Positions 1 through 9,271 of a stretch of 64,000 nucleotides of DNA are shown here, one piece after another. This stretch comes from an uncultured archaeon (lineage in GTDB: Archaea > Thermoproteota > EX4484-205 > JAAOZP01): NCBI GenBank assembly GCA_938045545.1, contig CALIBN010000002.1:8120-72119 (forward strand). The letters are read 5' to 3'. Under the pieces are notes generated by a model. The model saw only the letters and a list, made by a program, of their open reading frames with translations. It was not told the origin of the DNA and ran no database searches. Within the stretch, counting starts at the first letter, position 1, and each line of letters opens with the position of its first letter. A program made the position numbers and the translations under genes.

Positions 1-1
1 C

Positions 2-94
2 GTAATAGATGCTTTTGGAAACGATCTGTACGAGGACCTTAGGAGAAGAGTAGGCGAAAACCTTTCGCGTGTTTTGAAAAGCATGGAGGAATAG
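2..94 (+). CDS. 3' end of an unidentified upstream gene (…IDAFGNDLYEDLRRRVGENLSRVLKSMEE*), partial at window edge
   Basis: Open frame from window start to TAG at 92-94, immediately upstream of next gene start; no recognisable motif. Confidence 0.3.
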   Translation, partial: VIDAFGNDLYEDLRRRVGENLSRVLKSMEE

Positions 95-98
95 AAAA

Positions 99-968
99 AT
101 GCATCCCGCTAAGCTTAAGGAATATGTTGTCGAAGCAATAAGGCTCTGTGAAACATCCCTGCCTTTGGATGTTAAAAACAGTTTGAAAGAAGCCTATGAG
201 CGTGAAGAAAGAGAGATTCGGAAGAAAATACTGGGTGCCCTCTTGAAGAATGTTGAAACCGCTGAAAAAGAAGGCAGGCCCATATGCCAAGATACTGGCA
301 CATTAACCTTTTATGTTAAGAGAGGAGGATGGAGGGAAAATGAACTGCAGAGAATAATTGTTGAGGCTGTTGTGGAGGCAAGTGGTAAAATACCTTTGAG
401 GCCGAACACAATAGATTTCCCCTCCAGAAGAAATCTAGAAGACAACACAGGGAGATTCGTCCCATGGATTGTCTGGGAGCAAGGTGGAGAAGATTTGGAG
501 ATAACGGTAGTGGCTAAGGGCGGAGGATCCGAGGCTGTTTCAAGCCTAAAAGTTTTGCCGGCCACTGCTGGAAGAAAGGAGATTTTTCAAACGGTTCTCG
601 AGAGCGTTGCAGAAGCTGGAGCCAAACCATGTCCCCCGATAATCCTTGGAGTCGGAATCGGCCCATCTTCAGAAATGGCTCTCGAGCTGGCTAAGAGAGC
701 TGTTTACTTAAGGCCCATTGGGGAGAGGCATATGAACGGCATTATTGCGAGGATGGAGGAGGACTTGCTGAGAATGGTTAACGAGCTTGACATAGGTATC
801 CACGGCTTCGGAGGTATATCGGCCTTAGATGTTCACATAGAATACGCTTCAATACACCCTTCATCCATGGTCGTTGGTGTTGTGGCAAGCTGCTGGGCTT
901 TGAGAAGAATCGTGTTGAAAGTTTCTGGAGAAACTGTAGAAATTAAAAACCATAGTTCACAATTCTAA
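99..968 (+). CDS. Fe-S hydro-lyase, class I fumarate hydratase / L(+)-tartrate dehydratase alpha subunit
   Basis: 289-aa ORF with PICQDTG motif and [18 protein letters not shown] region typical of the catalytic alpha subunit of two-subunit class I fumarases; no beta-subunit gene follows it. Confidence 0.75.
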   Translation: MHPAKLKEYVVEAIRLCETSLPLDVKNSLKEAYEREEREIRKKILGALLKNVETAEKEGRPICQDTGTLTFYVKRGGWRENELQRIIVEAVVEASGKIPLRPNTIDFPSRRNLEDNTGRFVPWIVWEQGGEDLEITVVAKGGGSEAVSSLKVLPATAGRKEIFQTVLESVAEAGAKPCPPIILGVGIGPSSEMALELAKRAVYLRPIGERHMNGIIARMEEDLLRMVNELDIGIHGFGGISALDVHIEYASIHPSSMVVGVVASCWALRRIVLKVSGETVEIKNHSSQF

Positions 969-978
969 AACTGAAAAA

Positions 979-1374
979 TCATTTGCAACTCGTTACTTCC
1001 ATTCTCCTCGTACAGTAGTCTAAAGCGATCCTCATATTTTTTATTAGTTCTGTCCCTATGACTATTTCCTCAACCCCTTTTACGGTTTCTATGAAGCCGC
1101 TGAACTGGTTTTTAAGACTCGGTATAACTACCTCGCCGAATGTCCCAACGGACTGTATAGAGAGGGCATTGGCAAGAACGAGTTGTCTTTGCTCCGTGGA
1201 AAACTGGTCAAAAGAAAGCCCTTTGAAAACAGTCTCCGGTATGAGTAAGAATCCTTCAAACCCTGTGTCAAGCACGGCGATAACAGTGCCCTCGCTCGGA
1301 AAACTCTTGTTCATTACGGGATTCCTAATGATTATCTCCAGCACCGGAGTATCATCTAGAAAATAGGAATTCAT
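979..1374 (-). CDS. retropepsin-like (clan AA) aspartic protease, small archaeal type
   Basis: 131 aa; VLDTGFEGFLLIP contains D-T/S-G catalytic motif in a hydrophobic context typical of single-domain retropepsin-like proteases that dimerise. Confidence 0.55.
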   Translation of the reverse strand: MNSYFLDDTPVLEIIIRNPVMNKSFPSEGTVIAVLDTGFEGFLLIPETVFKGLSFDQFSTEQRQLVLANALSIQSVGTFGEVVIPSLKNQFSGFIETVKGVEEIVIGTELIKNMRIALDYCTRRMEVTSCK

Positions 1375-1382
1375 CTTCCCGG

Positions 1383-1727
1383 CTATGTGTGGCTGAGGGT
1401 TGGTCTCATTCTATACCCGCCGCGGACCACTGGCTTAATCGGCTTCGTCGACACTATTCTCAGGCCCCGCGGTTCAATGCCTCTGCTTTTTAAAATCGAC
1501 GCTAGCTCTTCTAGGGTACTGGCTTCCGCTACCACATTCCCCTCCCTAAGAGCTTTAAATACTGTTTTTTCGTAATCTGCGGATTTATCTAGGATCGCGA
1601 AATAATTCGTCAAAGCGTTTTCAATCACCTTTGACATTCCCCCTTTACTTGACCCGTATAAGCGTCTAACAATACTTCTAAGCTTCTTTTCAACATCGTC
1701 GTTAAGGGAGATCGTGATTGTGCCCAT
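1383..1727 (-). CDS. ribbon-helix-helix (CopG/Arc-like) small DNA-binding protein
   Basis: N-terminus MGTITISLNDDVEKKLRSIVRRL has beta-strand/helix pattern of RHH fold; 8 bp upstream of the aspartic protease gene on same strand. Confidence 0.45.
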   Translation of the reverse strand: MGTITISLNDDVEKKLRSIVRRLYGSSKGGMSKVIENALTNYFAILDKSADYEKTVFKALREGNVVAEASTLEELASILKSRGIEPRGLRIVSTKPIKPVVRGGYRMRPTLSHT

Positions 1728-1963
1728 ATTAATTTAATAGATATGTATGTCCTATTTAAACATTATTTCAAATCTCTGATTTTCCACAAATGATGCAAAA
1801 ACGAGCGTAAAAATAGACGAGCCACAGTATTTCACTGACATCTTAAAATAAGCAAAATCCTAATCCTTTAGTCTTCCGCTGAAAATGCTTTTATCAACTC
1901 TTTGTTTAAAAACATCGTGGAGAAAAGGATAAGATACATGGACAAGCTTGCTCATATAGATAG

Positions 1964-2314
1964 GAGGATGCTAATATAGAATCTTGGTTACCCTCCCAAG
2001 ATGAAGAGAGAACTTGATTAGCAATCTACAAGGCTTTTCAGGAGATAGTTGAAGCATTCTTTGACATGCTATCTATGAAACTCGACGAATTGAAAATACC
2101 CCCGAAGGACGATTATACTAACATTCTGTTAATTGAAGAAAAAGGATTAATCGATAAAGATACCTCCAGTATTCTAAGTGCAAACGGATTGAGAAATAGA
2201 CTTGTCTATAACTATAACAAAATATCAGACAAATTAGCGCTGGAATCGATAAAAACCCTCCTTCCCAAATTGGCTAAAATAAGGAAGGATTTAGAGTCAT
2301 GGACGAGTACATAG
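1964..2314 (+). pseudogene. HEPN/DUF86 (HepT-like) toxin-family gene, disrupted: in-frame TGA at 2015-2017, only ATG-initiated ORF is 2066-2314; catalytic His replaced (GLRNRLVYNY)
   Basis: C-terminal …ILSANGLRNRLVYNYNKISDKLALESIKTLLPKL matches DUF86 RNxLxHxY block except H->Y; upstream in-frame sequence LAIYKAFQEIVEAFFD resembles HEPN helix 2 but is separated by stop codons. Confidence 0.5.
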
Positions 2315-2522
2315 ACCTATACCAGTTATCCAGATTAAGGGTGTTTTAGCAATACTCCTATTCGGCTCTAAGGCGAAGGGAGAAACGATGATAAGAGATG
2401 CCGACGTTTGCATAGTTACACCAGAGGTTAACGATAAAGCAGGATTAATGCTAGACGTGTTCTTCAGGGTTAATAACCAGAAGTACGATATCTGGTTGTT
2501 TGAAGAACTTCACTCTATATGA
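2299..2522 (+). pseudogene. minimal nucleotidyltransferase (MNT/MntA-like antitoxin family), frameshifted
   Basis: ATG 2299 gives MDEYIDLYQLSRLRVF*; continuing in frame 0 gives …KGVLAILLFGSKAKGETMIRDADVCIV… (GS…DxD nucleotidyltransferase motif) to TGA 2520-2522; no start codon in the motif-bearing frame; overlaps HEPN stop. Confidence 0.5.
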
Positions 2523-2924
2523 AGGCTGAAATCATAAAGACCCACAAGGTAGTATGGTATAGAGATATAGACGAGCTTTATGACTATTTCGCTAACCTTA
2601 TGAAAATATGGAGAGACCAAGAAGTCAGAATTAGAACGTATATCAAAGAATTATAAAAGAGGCAGATCATAAATTGCTGGCCAACCGCTTAACGCATGAC
2701 GGAGGGAAATCAGGGTAGAAAAGAAAACTAAACACATTCTCATCGGAAACATCTTCTTCAAGTTGTAAACAGTAAAAAATGTTATTTATTTCTTAAGTAA
2801 TCTCTCCCACTAGCTCTGAGTCTTTCAATTTGGGATTTCTAGCCTTGTTCAAAGAGTCGATCGAATATACTGCAATCGTATTTAAATCGCTCACTTTAGA
2901 TTCAAGGTCTCAGCAACCATGTAG

Positions 2925-2996
2925 CGCGCACAAGCGGGAGTAAACGGGATTCATGCCGAGCAATTTCGGAATAAGCTGGCTCACGCTTACTGGTAA
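2925..2996 (+). pseudogene. fragment of a second HEPN/DUF86 gene (…EQFRNKLAHAYW*)
   Basis: Perfect RNxLAHxY HEPN motif at the 3' end of a frame otherwise full of stops; lies where the HEPN partner of the upstream MNT would be expected. Confidence 0.3.
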
Positions 2997-3046
2997 CTAA
3001 AGGATTGGAGTAAACTCGAAAATTCGTCCTTTCGAGCGCGTGAAGC

Positions 3047-3685
3047 CTATCTCCCAGTGGTCCAGATCCTCTGGAACTCCCTTTCGAGGGCCGTGGCCAG
3101 CTCCGCGCTTCGAATCACCAGCAAGTTCTCATTGTTATCTCGGTCTGCTGACGCAGTCCAATTGAAGCTGCCGATCAAGACTATGTGACCGTCGATTATC
3201 GCTACCTTGTGGTGCATGAGATTCGGGTTAGTGTCGTTCCTCACCTGGACTCCGGCTGCCTTCAGGCGGAAGTATTCGCTATACTTCGTAACTTGCTGCT
3301 CCTCGAACACGATCTTAACCTCTACCCCTCTTTGGTACGCAGCAAGAACCGCGTCGCCTATACTGTCGAGAGTGAAGCTATAGATCAGGACGTGGATGCT
3401 CAAGTTAGCCCTGTCCAGCCAGTGGATCAAGGTTGAAGCACATCCGCCCCTTGGAGAGAAGTAGACACCCAAGATTGAGACCTCAGGGACAGCTTCGGCA
3501 GCCTTCAGCGCTACTATCGTGGCGTTCAGCTCCTGAATCTCTTCATTCAGCCGCGAAATTTCGGCCTGAGCGGCACCTAGCTGAGACTGGAGGGAGCTGA
3601 TCTGAGATCCGGCGAGACCGAAGTATCCCAAGGCCACGCCGATTAGAAGCCCGCCAACGGCCAGCGCAATCACCTCATTTTTCAT
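3047..3685 (-). CDS. PLD-family (single HKD motif) nuclease, N-terminal membrane anchor plus coiled coil
   Basis: HHKVAIIDGHIVLIGSFNWT = HxK(x)4D(x)6GSxN motif; one copy only (Nuc/Zucchini-like dimeric nucleases); N-terminal hydrophobic helix ALAVGGLLIGVALGYFGLAG followed by heptad-like SSLQSQLGAAQAEISRLNEEIQELNATIVALKAAE. Confidence 0.7.
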   Translation of the reverse strand: MKNEVIALAVGGLLIGVALGYFGLAGSQISSLQSQLGAAQAEISRLNEEIQELNATIVALKAAEAVPEVSILGVYFSPRGGCASTLIHWLDRANLSIHVLIYSFTLDSIGDAVLAAYQRGVEVKIVFEEQQVTKYSEYFRLKAAGVQVRNDTNPNLMHHKVAIIDGHIVLIGSFNWTASADRDNNENLLVIRSAELATALEREFQRIWTTGR

Positions 3686-3920
3686 TTTCTACGTCATTTG
3701 AATTCCTAGAGATTTGGATTAATAAATCCTACTTAGATGGCAGCAAGGTAAACTCCTAATCCGAGTTACCGCACACAACAATAGCGCGCCTTTCTCCGAT
3801 TTTTCGTCCAATAATATTTGGTAAGAGGATTAGTTGAATCTCAAACCTCACTTTCCTTCTACAGCTTCTCTAGGATTCTATGATCTTCTCGCACGCTGAA
3901 GCAGGAAACAGTTTTAGAAT

Positions 3921-4811
3921 TTAGGTTTCAGATATTAGCTTCTTGATAAATTCCACGTCCTTTTTCAAAACAGTTTTTCTCTCTTCCCGACCATACTTTC
4001 CTAGAGACTCGTCTTCGATGGTTAAATCGCCAGCATACCCAGCTTTCCTCAAGACCTGAACGACCCTTTTCAAGTCAATATCTCCTTCGTACAGAGGTAC
4101 TGCAACCTGAGGAAAATCTATCCCAGGACGCCTCTGCTTTTCCCTCCTAGCTTCAGGATATTTTAAATTTTTAAGATGAGTATGTTTAACTAGTTTTGCA
4201 TACTTTTCTATGAGTTCATGAACCTTACTCAACGGATAACCATACCAATAGAAGTTTCCGGTGTCTAACGTCAAGCCTATTCTCTCATCATTCACCTCTT
4301 TAAAAGCATGGTCTAAAAATCGCTCATCGTTACTAACATAGCCGTGATTCTCTACAGCATAAGCTACGCTGCTGCCCCTCGTCTCTCTTAAAAGGGATTT
4401 CATTATTTTAACGAAGTGCTCAGCATACTCTTCAATTGGCTTCTCTCCCATTATTTGCATATGCGAGTTTATCCGTATCACTTCAACCCCGATTTCATCC
4501 GCAAGTTGTGTCGCCTTTTTAATATAATTCAGCTCCTCTTCCAGATTTTCACTTGAAAAATCATTTTCCAACAATATGGTGCACGGTTTTATACCCATAT
4601 TTTTAGAAAATTCTAAAAATTCTTTTCTTTCACGAGCGTCTCTCAGGTTAAAACCTAGCTTCACTATGTGGCCCATATCTTCATACGTGTCTTGAGTTAA
4701 TGTTTTGTTGACGTACATTTCATACCTATCTAAACCCAAGTCCTTTAAACCTTTAACGAGATCCTCGTAACCAACCCATACTACTGTGAAATCCCTTACT
4801 GAGACATACAT
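3921..4811 (-). CDS. sugar phosphate isomerase/epimerase (xylose isomerase-like TIM barrel) family protein
   Basis: 296 aa; ENHG…ND…LDTGNF pattern of AP-endonuclease-2/xylose-isomerase-like TIM barrels. Confidence 0.6.
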   Translation of the reverse strand: MYVSVRDFTVVWVGYEDLVKGLKDLGLDRYEMYVNKTLTQDTYEDMGHIVKLGFNLRDARERKEFLEFSKNMGIKPCTILLENDFSSENLEEELNYIKKATQLADEIGVEVIRINSHMQIMGEKPIEEYAEHFVKIMKSLLRETRGSSVAYAVENHGYVSNDERFLDHAFKEVNDERIGLTLDTGNFYWYGYPLSKVHELIEKYAKLVKHTHLKNLKYPEARREKQRRPGIDFPQVAVPLYEGDIDLKRVVQVLRKAGYAGDLTIEDESLGKYGREERKTVLKKDVEFIKKLISET

Positions 4812-4947
4812 TTGATCCTACAATAACAGGGATATTAATAAACTTATCAAGTGGCCAATATGCCAAATCTCATAAAGCCATGCATAGCGATCTATAGAAG
4901 CAGTGTGGAAGCTGATTTGAAAAACATATAGTTCAATTAGTACTCGG

Positions 4948-5463
4948 CTATTTTGATTTTAACCCATATTTTTCCCAATGCGTTATTTCTTCAAGCGGTC
5001 TCCTGTTTCTGCTGGGTTTCTCATCAGGATAGCCGACTGAAACAGTACATAGAACTCTAAGACCGTCAGGTATTCCTAGCAGCTTCCTTATAGGTTCTTC
5101 AAAGGAAGTGTTCAAAACGCCCATCCAGCATGTTCCTAGCCCCATAGAGTGGGCAGCGAGAAGGAAGTTTTGCACGGAAACCGCGACATCCCCGTGATAC
5201 CAGTTGCTGCTCCTCCCGGGGTCAGCTATGAAAACCACTACGACGGGGCTGTCAGCCATGAACCTTCCGTACCTATGTATCTCCGCAAGCTTCCTCCTAG
5301 TCTCAGGGTTCTTCACCACTAGAAACTCCCATGGCTGAGAATTGTTAGCTGAGGGAGCCCATCTGGCTGCTTCAAGACACTCCATTATCTTCTCGTCCTC
5401 CACAGGAGTCGACTTATACTTTCTAATGCTCCGCCTAGTTTTAATCGCCTCCATCACATCCAT
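4948..5463 (-). CDS. nitroreductase family protein
   Basis: AIKTRRSIRKY…APSANNSQPWEF signature of FMN nitroreductase fold. Confidence 0.75.
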   Translation of the reverse strand: MDVMEAIKTRRSIRKYKSTPVEDEKIMECLEAARWAPSANNSQPWEFLVVKNPETRRKLAEIHRYGRFMADSPVVVVFIADPGRSSNWYHGDVAVSVQNFLLAAHSMGLGTCWMGVLNTSFEEPIRKLLGIPDGLRVLCTVSVGYPDEKPSRNRRPLEEITHWEKYGLKSK

Positions 5464-5596
5464 CTTTAAACACCTAAGAAGATTTCATGAAACATCTTAA
5501 TATGGTTTACTATGATCTGGAAGACCCCTTTAACAACAGAATTCCAGAATTCGATTAGGGAAAGTAGCAAACGGGATTTGGAAAACTAGAAAGTTT

Positions 5597-6769
5597 TTAA
5601 GCCTTACTGGCTCCGGCTTCGAATACCCAGCTATCAAGGTTTTTACAAATTAATGTAAGGATCCGCATAGACTCCTCCGGTCTCATGGCGAGAAAAAGCG
5701 CGGCAACATGCTTGCAGAACTGTTTTTGACCAATTCTTTTAACCCAGTCCTCACAGTCATGCTTCAGCCTCCTGTTAGGAATATTTATGATGACAGCGTA
5801 TTCCTTAACCCTAGCTTTAACCTTCTCCTCTCCAGCCTCCTCAACAACCACTTTCCCAACCAGTTCCCTCGCCCTCTCCAGCCTACCCACCTCAAGGAAG
5901 GCTGAGACCAGTTTCTCAATGTCTTTTTCACCTGAAGAAAGCACTGCTTCAACCCTGCGAACCGTCCTCCTTAAACCCTGCTCTTCAAAGTAGTTTAGAA
6001 CCCTGTTCAAAGCCTCCTCCTGAGGCTTTTCCATGACTCCGACGATTCTCATCATTTGAAGCGCGTTCTTCACCGCATATCCCCTGAAGTGGTTGTTAAA
6101 ATAGACGTAAACCTTCTTAGCCTTGTACGAGAGCTCCTCAAGCTTTCCCTTCCACTCCTCAAGCTCCTCAATCCTGTAATCGTAATAGTACCAAGGCCTG
6201 TTCCCCCTGCCGTGAAACCTTACGTATGAAAAATCTCCCGTAACCTTCAACAATGCAGGCAGAAGAGGCTCGTCGACAATACAGTAACCCACATTGTTCT
6301 CGGACAGAACCCTGAAAGACTCATCCATCAGCCAAGTCGGATGCCTGAACTCGACAGTAAAATCGTAACCTTCAGGAAGGCTTTCTAAGAACTCTTTAAA
6401 GCCTTTGAAGGCTGCAACAGGCTTGGGTGGAAGCTGGAAAAGCAGTGGCCCAAGCTTCCCGTCTTCCTTGAGAGGAGCCAGCGCACTCAGGAAGAGCTTT
6501 AAATCCCTCAGAGCACCCTTCTCCAAATCCATTAGTTTCACGTGAGTCACTGTTTTAGGAACCTTAAGGGAAAATACGAAGCCTTTCGGCGAGGACCTGG
6601 CAATAGTACGTATGAATCCCAGGTTAGGCTGTTTATAGAAGGTTGAATCCACTTCAACCGTCTTGAAAACATCCGCATACTGCTGGAACATTTTCTCACT
6701 ACTTGTGTAGAACACAGTTAGCCAATCCTTATAGCTCCAGCCCGATGTCCCTACAACAATATTATCCAA
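5597..6769 (-). CDS. DUF72 (UPF0759) domain protein with C-terminal SWIM-like zinc-finger segment
   Basis: N-terminal VGTSGWSYKDW…FYTSS is the DUF72 signature; C-terminal …CEDWVKRIGQKQFCKHVAALFL resembles SWIM CxH-containing finger. Confidence 0.55.
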   Translation of the reverse strand: MDNIVVGTSGWSYKDWLTVFYTSSEKMFQQYADVFKTVEVDSTFYKQPNLGFIRTIARSSPKGFVFSLKVPKTVTHVKLMDLEKGALRDLKLFLSALAPLKEDGKLGPLLFQLPPKPVAAFKGFKEFLESLPEGYDFTVEFRHPTWLMDESFRVLSENNVGYCIVDEPLLPALLKVTGDFSYVRFHGRGNRPWYYYDYRIEELEEWKGKLEELSYKAKKVYVYFNNHFRGYAVKNALQMMRIVGVMEKPQEEALNRVLNYFEEQGLRRTVRRVEAVLSSGEKDIEKLVSAFLEVGRLERARELVGKVVVEEAGEEKVKARVKEYAVIINIPNRRLKHDCEDWVKRIGQKQFCKHVAALFLAMRPEESMRILTLICKNLDSWVFEAGASKA

Positions 6770-7245
6770 CCCTTTAGAACATCTACTCTACGGGTGATAA
6801 ACTTTTAGTTGAATCTGACACTCCTATGACTAAAGCCAACTGGATTCCCGTCGTCGCCCTCGGGCCCACCATACCGGGTAAAGTGCTTTATGGAAAACGT
6901 ATACCGCGCGCTTTTCTTAGGTTACTTCTACTATAAGGCAGGCAGGAACCTTTTAGAACCTGTGACTACCATTTCAGCAACTTGTTCTTTAACATACCGT
7001 ATGTATGGATGTAGCCGGCGGCAGTATCCTTTAGAATCCATCCTTTTTTCCGGAATTCGCGTGCACTGGTTTTCCCAATGGACTCTGAAACCCCATATTT
7101 AAATCCAGATACTGATCCTTAGAAAGATTCGTTTAAACAAGCTAACCACATAGAGCAATTTAGAAGATTAGTATCAACCTCGTCTGCAATCTATCTAAAA
7201 TGTTATATAATCTGTTGTAAGCTTCTAAAAAGGTAGGGGTATTTA

Positions 7246-8076
7246 ATGGCTCTCGGAGAAAAAGTTATAGCTTTGCAACTGCTTAAAAAAAGGTTAGGGA
7301 TGCTCTGGGAATATTTAACAAGCCCCGATATAAAGGAAGTGGCTGAGAAGAAACTCGTCGCGATTCTCCCAGTAGGCTCGGTCGAGATACATGGACCCCA
7401 CATGCCGACTGGAACAGACTCCATAACTATTCGCGAGATAACTAGAATGGCCGCTGAAAAGGAGCCTGCAGTAGTTTTGCCTACGCTATACTATGTTTAT
7501 GTGCCTGAGAACCGGCATTTTCCTGGAACCATATCGCTAAGCGCTAGGACAATCCTTACTATTCTTGAGGAAATATGCGACGAGGTGGCGAGAAACGGTT
7601 TTAAAAAAATCCTTATTGTAAACGGTCATGGAGGAAACAATAATCTTCTAAGGGTTTTCCTGAGGGAAAGCCTGCATAAGAAGAAGGATTATACTATTTA
7701 CGCGTTAATTGAGCCCTGGTCATCAATAGAAGAGATTGCTGAGAAAATATGCGAGAGCAAGATAACTGGGCATGCTTGCGAGCGTGAAACCAGCATGGGG
7801 CTATACTTGTTTGAAAACCTGATTAAGATGGAGAATGTTAAGCATGAGGCGGAGATAGGAGGTACGAATCTGCCTGGAGTAGAGACGCCTGCCGACTGGC
7901 AGGCCTACGCGGTCCAGCTTTATCTCGGTGACCCTAGGCTGGCAACTAAGGAGAAGGGCAGAATCATGGTTGAAAAGCTTGTTGATTACGTGGCAGATGC
8001 TATAAGAAGGGTTAAGCAGGATGAGAGGGTTCCAGCGATACTCGACGATTTCTACAGGAAGGCCTACGGGCAGTAG
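7246..8076 (+). CDS. creatininase-family amidohydrolase (ArfB/creatinine amidohydrolase family)
   Basis: VAILPVGSVEIHGPHMPTGTD and IVNGHGGN metal-binding motifs of creatininase fold. Confidence 0.75.
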   Translation: MALGEKVIALQLLKKRLGMLWEYLTSPDIKEVAEKKLVAILPVGSVEIHGPHMPTGTDSITIREITRMAAEKEPAVVLPTLYYVYVPENRHFPGTISLSARTILTILEEICDEVARNGFKKILIVNGHGGNNNLLRVFLRESLHKKKDYTIYALIEPWSSIEEIAEKICESKITGHACERETSMGLYLFENLIKMENVKHEAEIGGTNLPGVETPADWQAYAVQLYLGDPRLATKEKGRIMVEKLVDYVADAIRRVKQDERVPAILDDFYRKAYGQ

Positions 8077-8102
8077 TGAATGCCAGCATGGAAAGCAGCA
8101 TG

Positions 8103-9224
8103 CTAAAACCAGTCTGAGTGCCAGATATGGGGATTTCCTGGTGGAAACAATGTTTCTAAAGTTTTCTCAACCTTCCCCTCATGCTTCACGGCTTGGTCGA
8201 CTAAGACGTTCTTCGGATCCCTATATCCAAGAATGAGTTGCATCAACACCCATTGCGGGAGCTCAACCCAGTTCGCCGACAAGGTTTCTGAAAGAGACAC
8301 CCCGGATTCGGAAACTTCGAGAGTAGCAATGCCTATGTCGGTTTTAAAAGATATTTGCGAAGCCAGATCCTTCACACACGCTTTTTCCAAACGGTCCTCA
8401 AATACTGAAACAAGCTTCTCGAAGGTCGACTTGAGATTAATGATTCTCCCCATGCCGTCTGAAGCATATGGATAGTCGATGCTAATCGTGCAGCCGAGGC
8501 TTTTACAAAGCTCGGCGAAAGGATGGTCAAACGGGACGTATATTTCAAGCTCACTAGCCTTCTTCTGGAAAGCAGTGCCGCACGCGTAGCGGAGCACATG
8601 CTCATACAGGGCAGCGTCTACAGCACCCACCTCAGTTATCCTCATTACCCTCGGCCAACGGTCAGAAGCACAATAGGCAACTATCCTTCCAGACTCATCT
8701 TCGAAGACTGTTCCGTCAGCAGGTACTCCCCACCAGCTTCCCTTTCTAAATCTGAACCATTCACCCCTATATCTTTTAAGGGGGCCCGTCCTATGCTCGT
8801 TAGCCAACTCGTAAATGTCCAAGATAGCTTCAGCATCGTCCTTCACCATCGGGCGGGCTTTAAGCCCAGGCCTAGCCCTCTCAGCATTTCTTAAAGGCAT
8901 GGTTATCTTGCAATTGGGAAGCGTTGAAGCATAACCCCATCTAATATAATAGTCAGGTATGCCGAACAACATTGAAACATCATATTCGTTTCTAACCATG
9001 TATTCGATAGAAAACTCCATAACCTTTCTAGAATATCCTTTCATCCTGTGTTCCTCGAGCGTTCCAACTCCACCTACTCCGCCCATTTTCAGGAAGGTTT
9101 TCCCAACTTTTACTTCAAGATCATTGATGATGAGCCAGCTAACCGGCGACCCTCCCAGCTCATCCAGAAGAAGCTCAACTCTATGGGATCTTGCCGAGTC
9201 AGTAACCCTTATCTCGCTTCCCAT
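8103..9224 (-). CDS. GNAT-family N-acetyltransferase, Eis-like three-domain architecture
   Basis: 373 aa, N-terminal acetyl-CoA motif region (…HRMKGYSRKVMEFSIEYM…) followed by long C-terminal extension as in Eis/SCP2-containing GNATs. Confidence 0.45.
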   Translation of the reverse strand: MGSEIRVTDSARSHRVELLLDELGGSPVSWLIINDLEVKVGKTFLKMGGVGGVGTLEEHRMKGYSRKVMEFSIEYMVRNEYDVSMLFGIPDYYIRWGYASTLPNCKITMPLRNAERARPGLKARPMVKDDAEAILDIYELANEHRTGPLKRYRGEWFRFRKGSWWGVPADGTVFEDESGRIVAYCASDRWPRVMRITEVGAVDAALYEHVLRYACGTAFQKKASELEIYVPFDHPFAELCKSLGCTISIDYPYASDGMGRIINLKSTFEKLVSVFEDRLEKACVKDLASQISFKTDIGIATLEVSESGVSLSETLSANWVELPQWVLMQLILGYRDPKNVLVDQAVKHEGKVEKTLETLFPPGNPHIWHSDWF

Positions 9225-9271
9225 AGGCCTTTCTAAAAAACATGCTGTTAAAAAAACTTAGCGTATGCTAA

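Noticed and set aside
2519-2656. 45-codon ORF (MKAEIIKTHKVVWYRDIDELYDYFANLMKIWRDQEVRIRTYIKEL) directly after the MNT remnant
   Set aside because: Too short, with no recognisable HEPN or other motif. It may be another decay fragment but cannot be supported.
6770-7245. Intergenic ORFs 6890-7102 (+) and 7203-7424 (-), and a tRNA-like stretch around 6845-6885 (…CTGGATTCCCGTCGTCGCCCTCGGGCCCACCA…)
   Set aside because: ORFs have no start context and a junk-like composition. The GGATTCC…CCA stretch does not fold into T-arm/acceptor pairing on either strand, so no tRNA is called.
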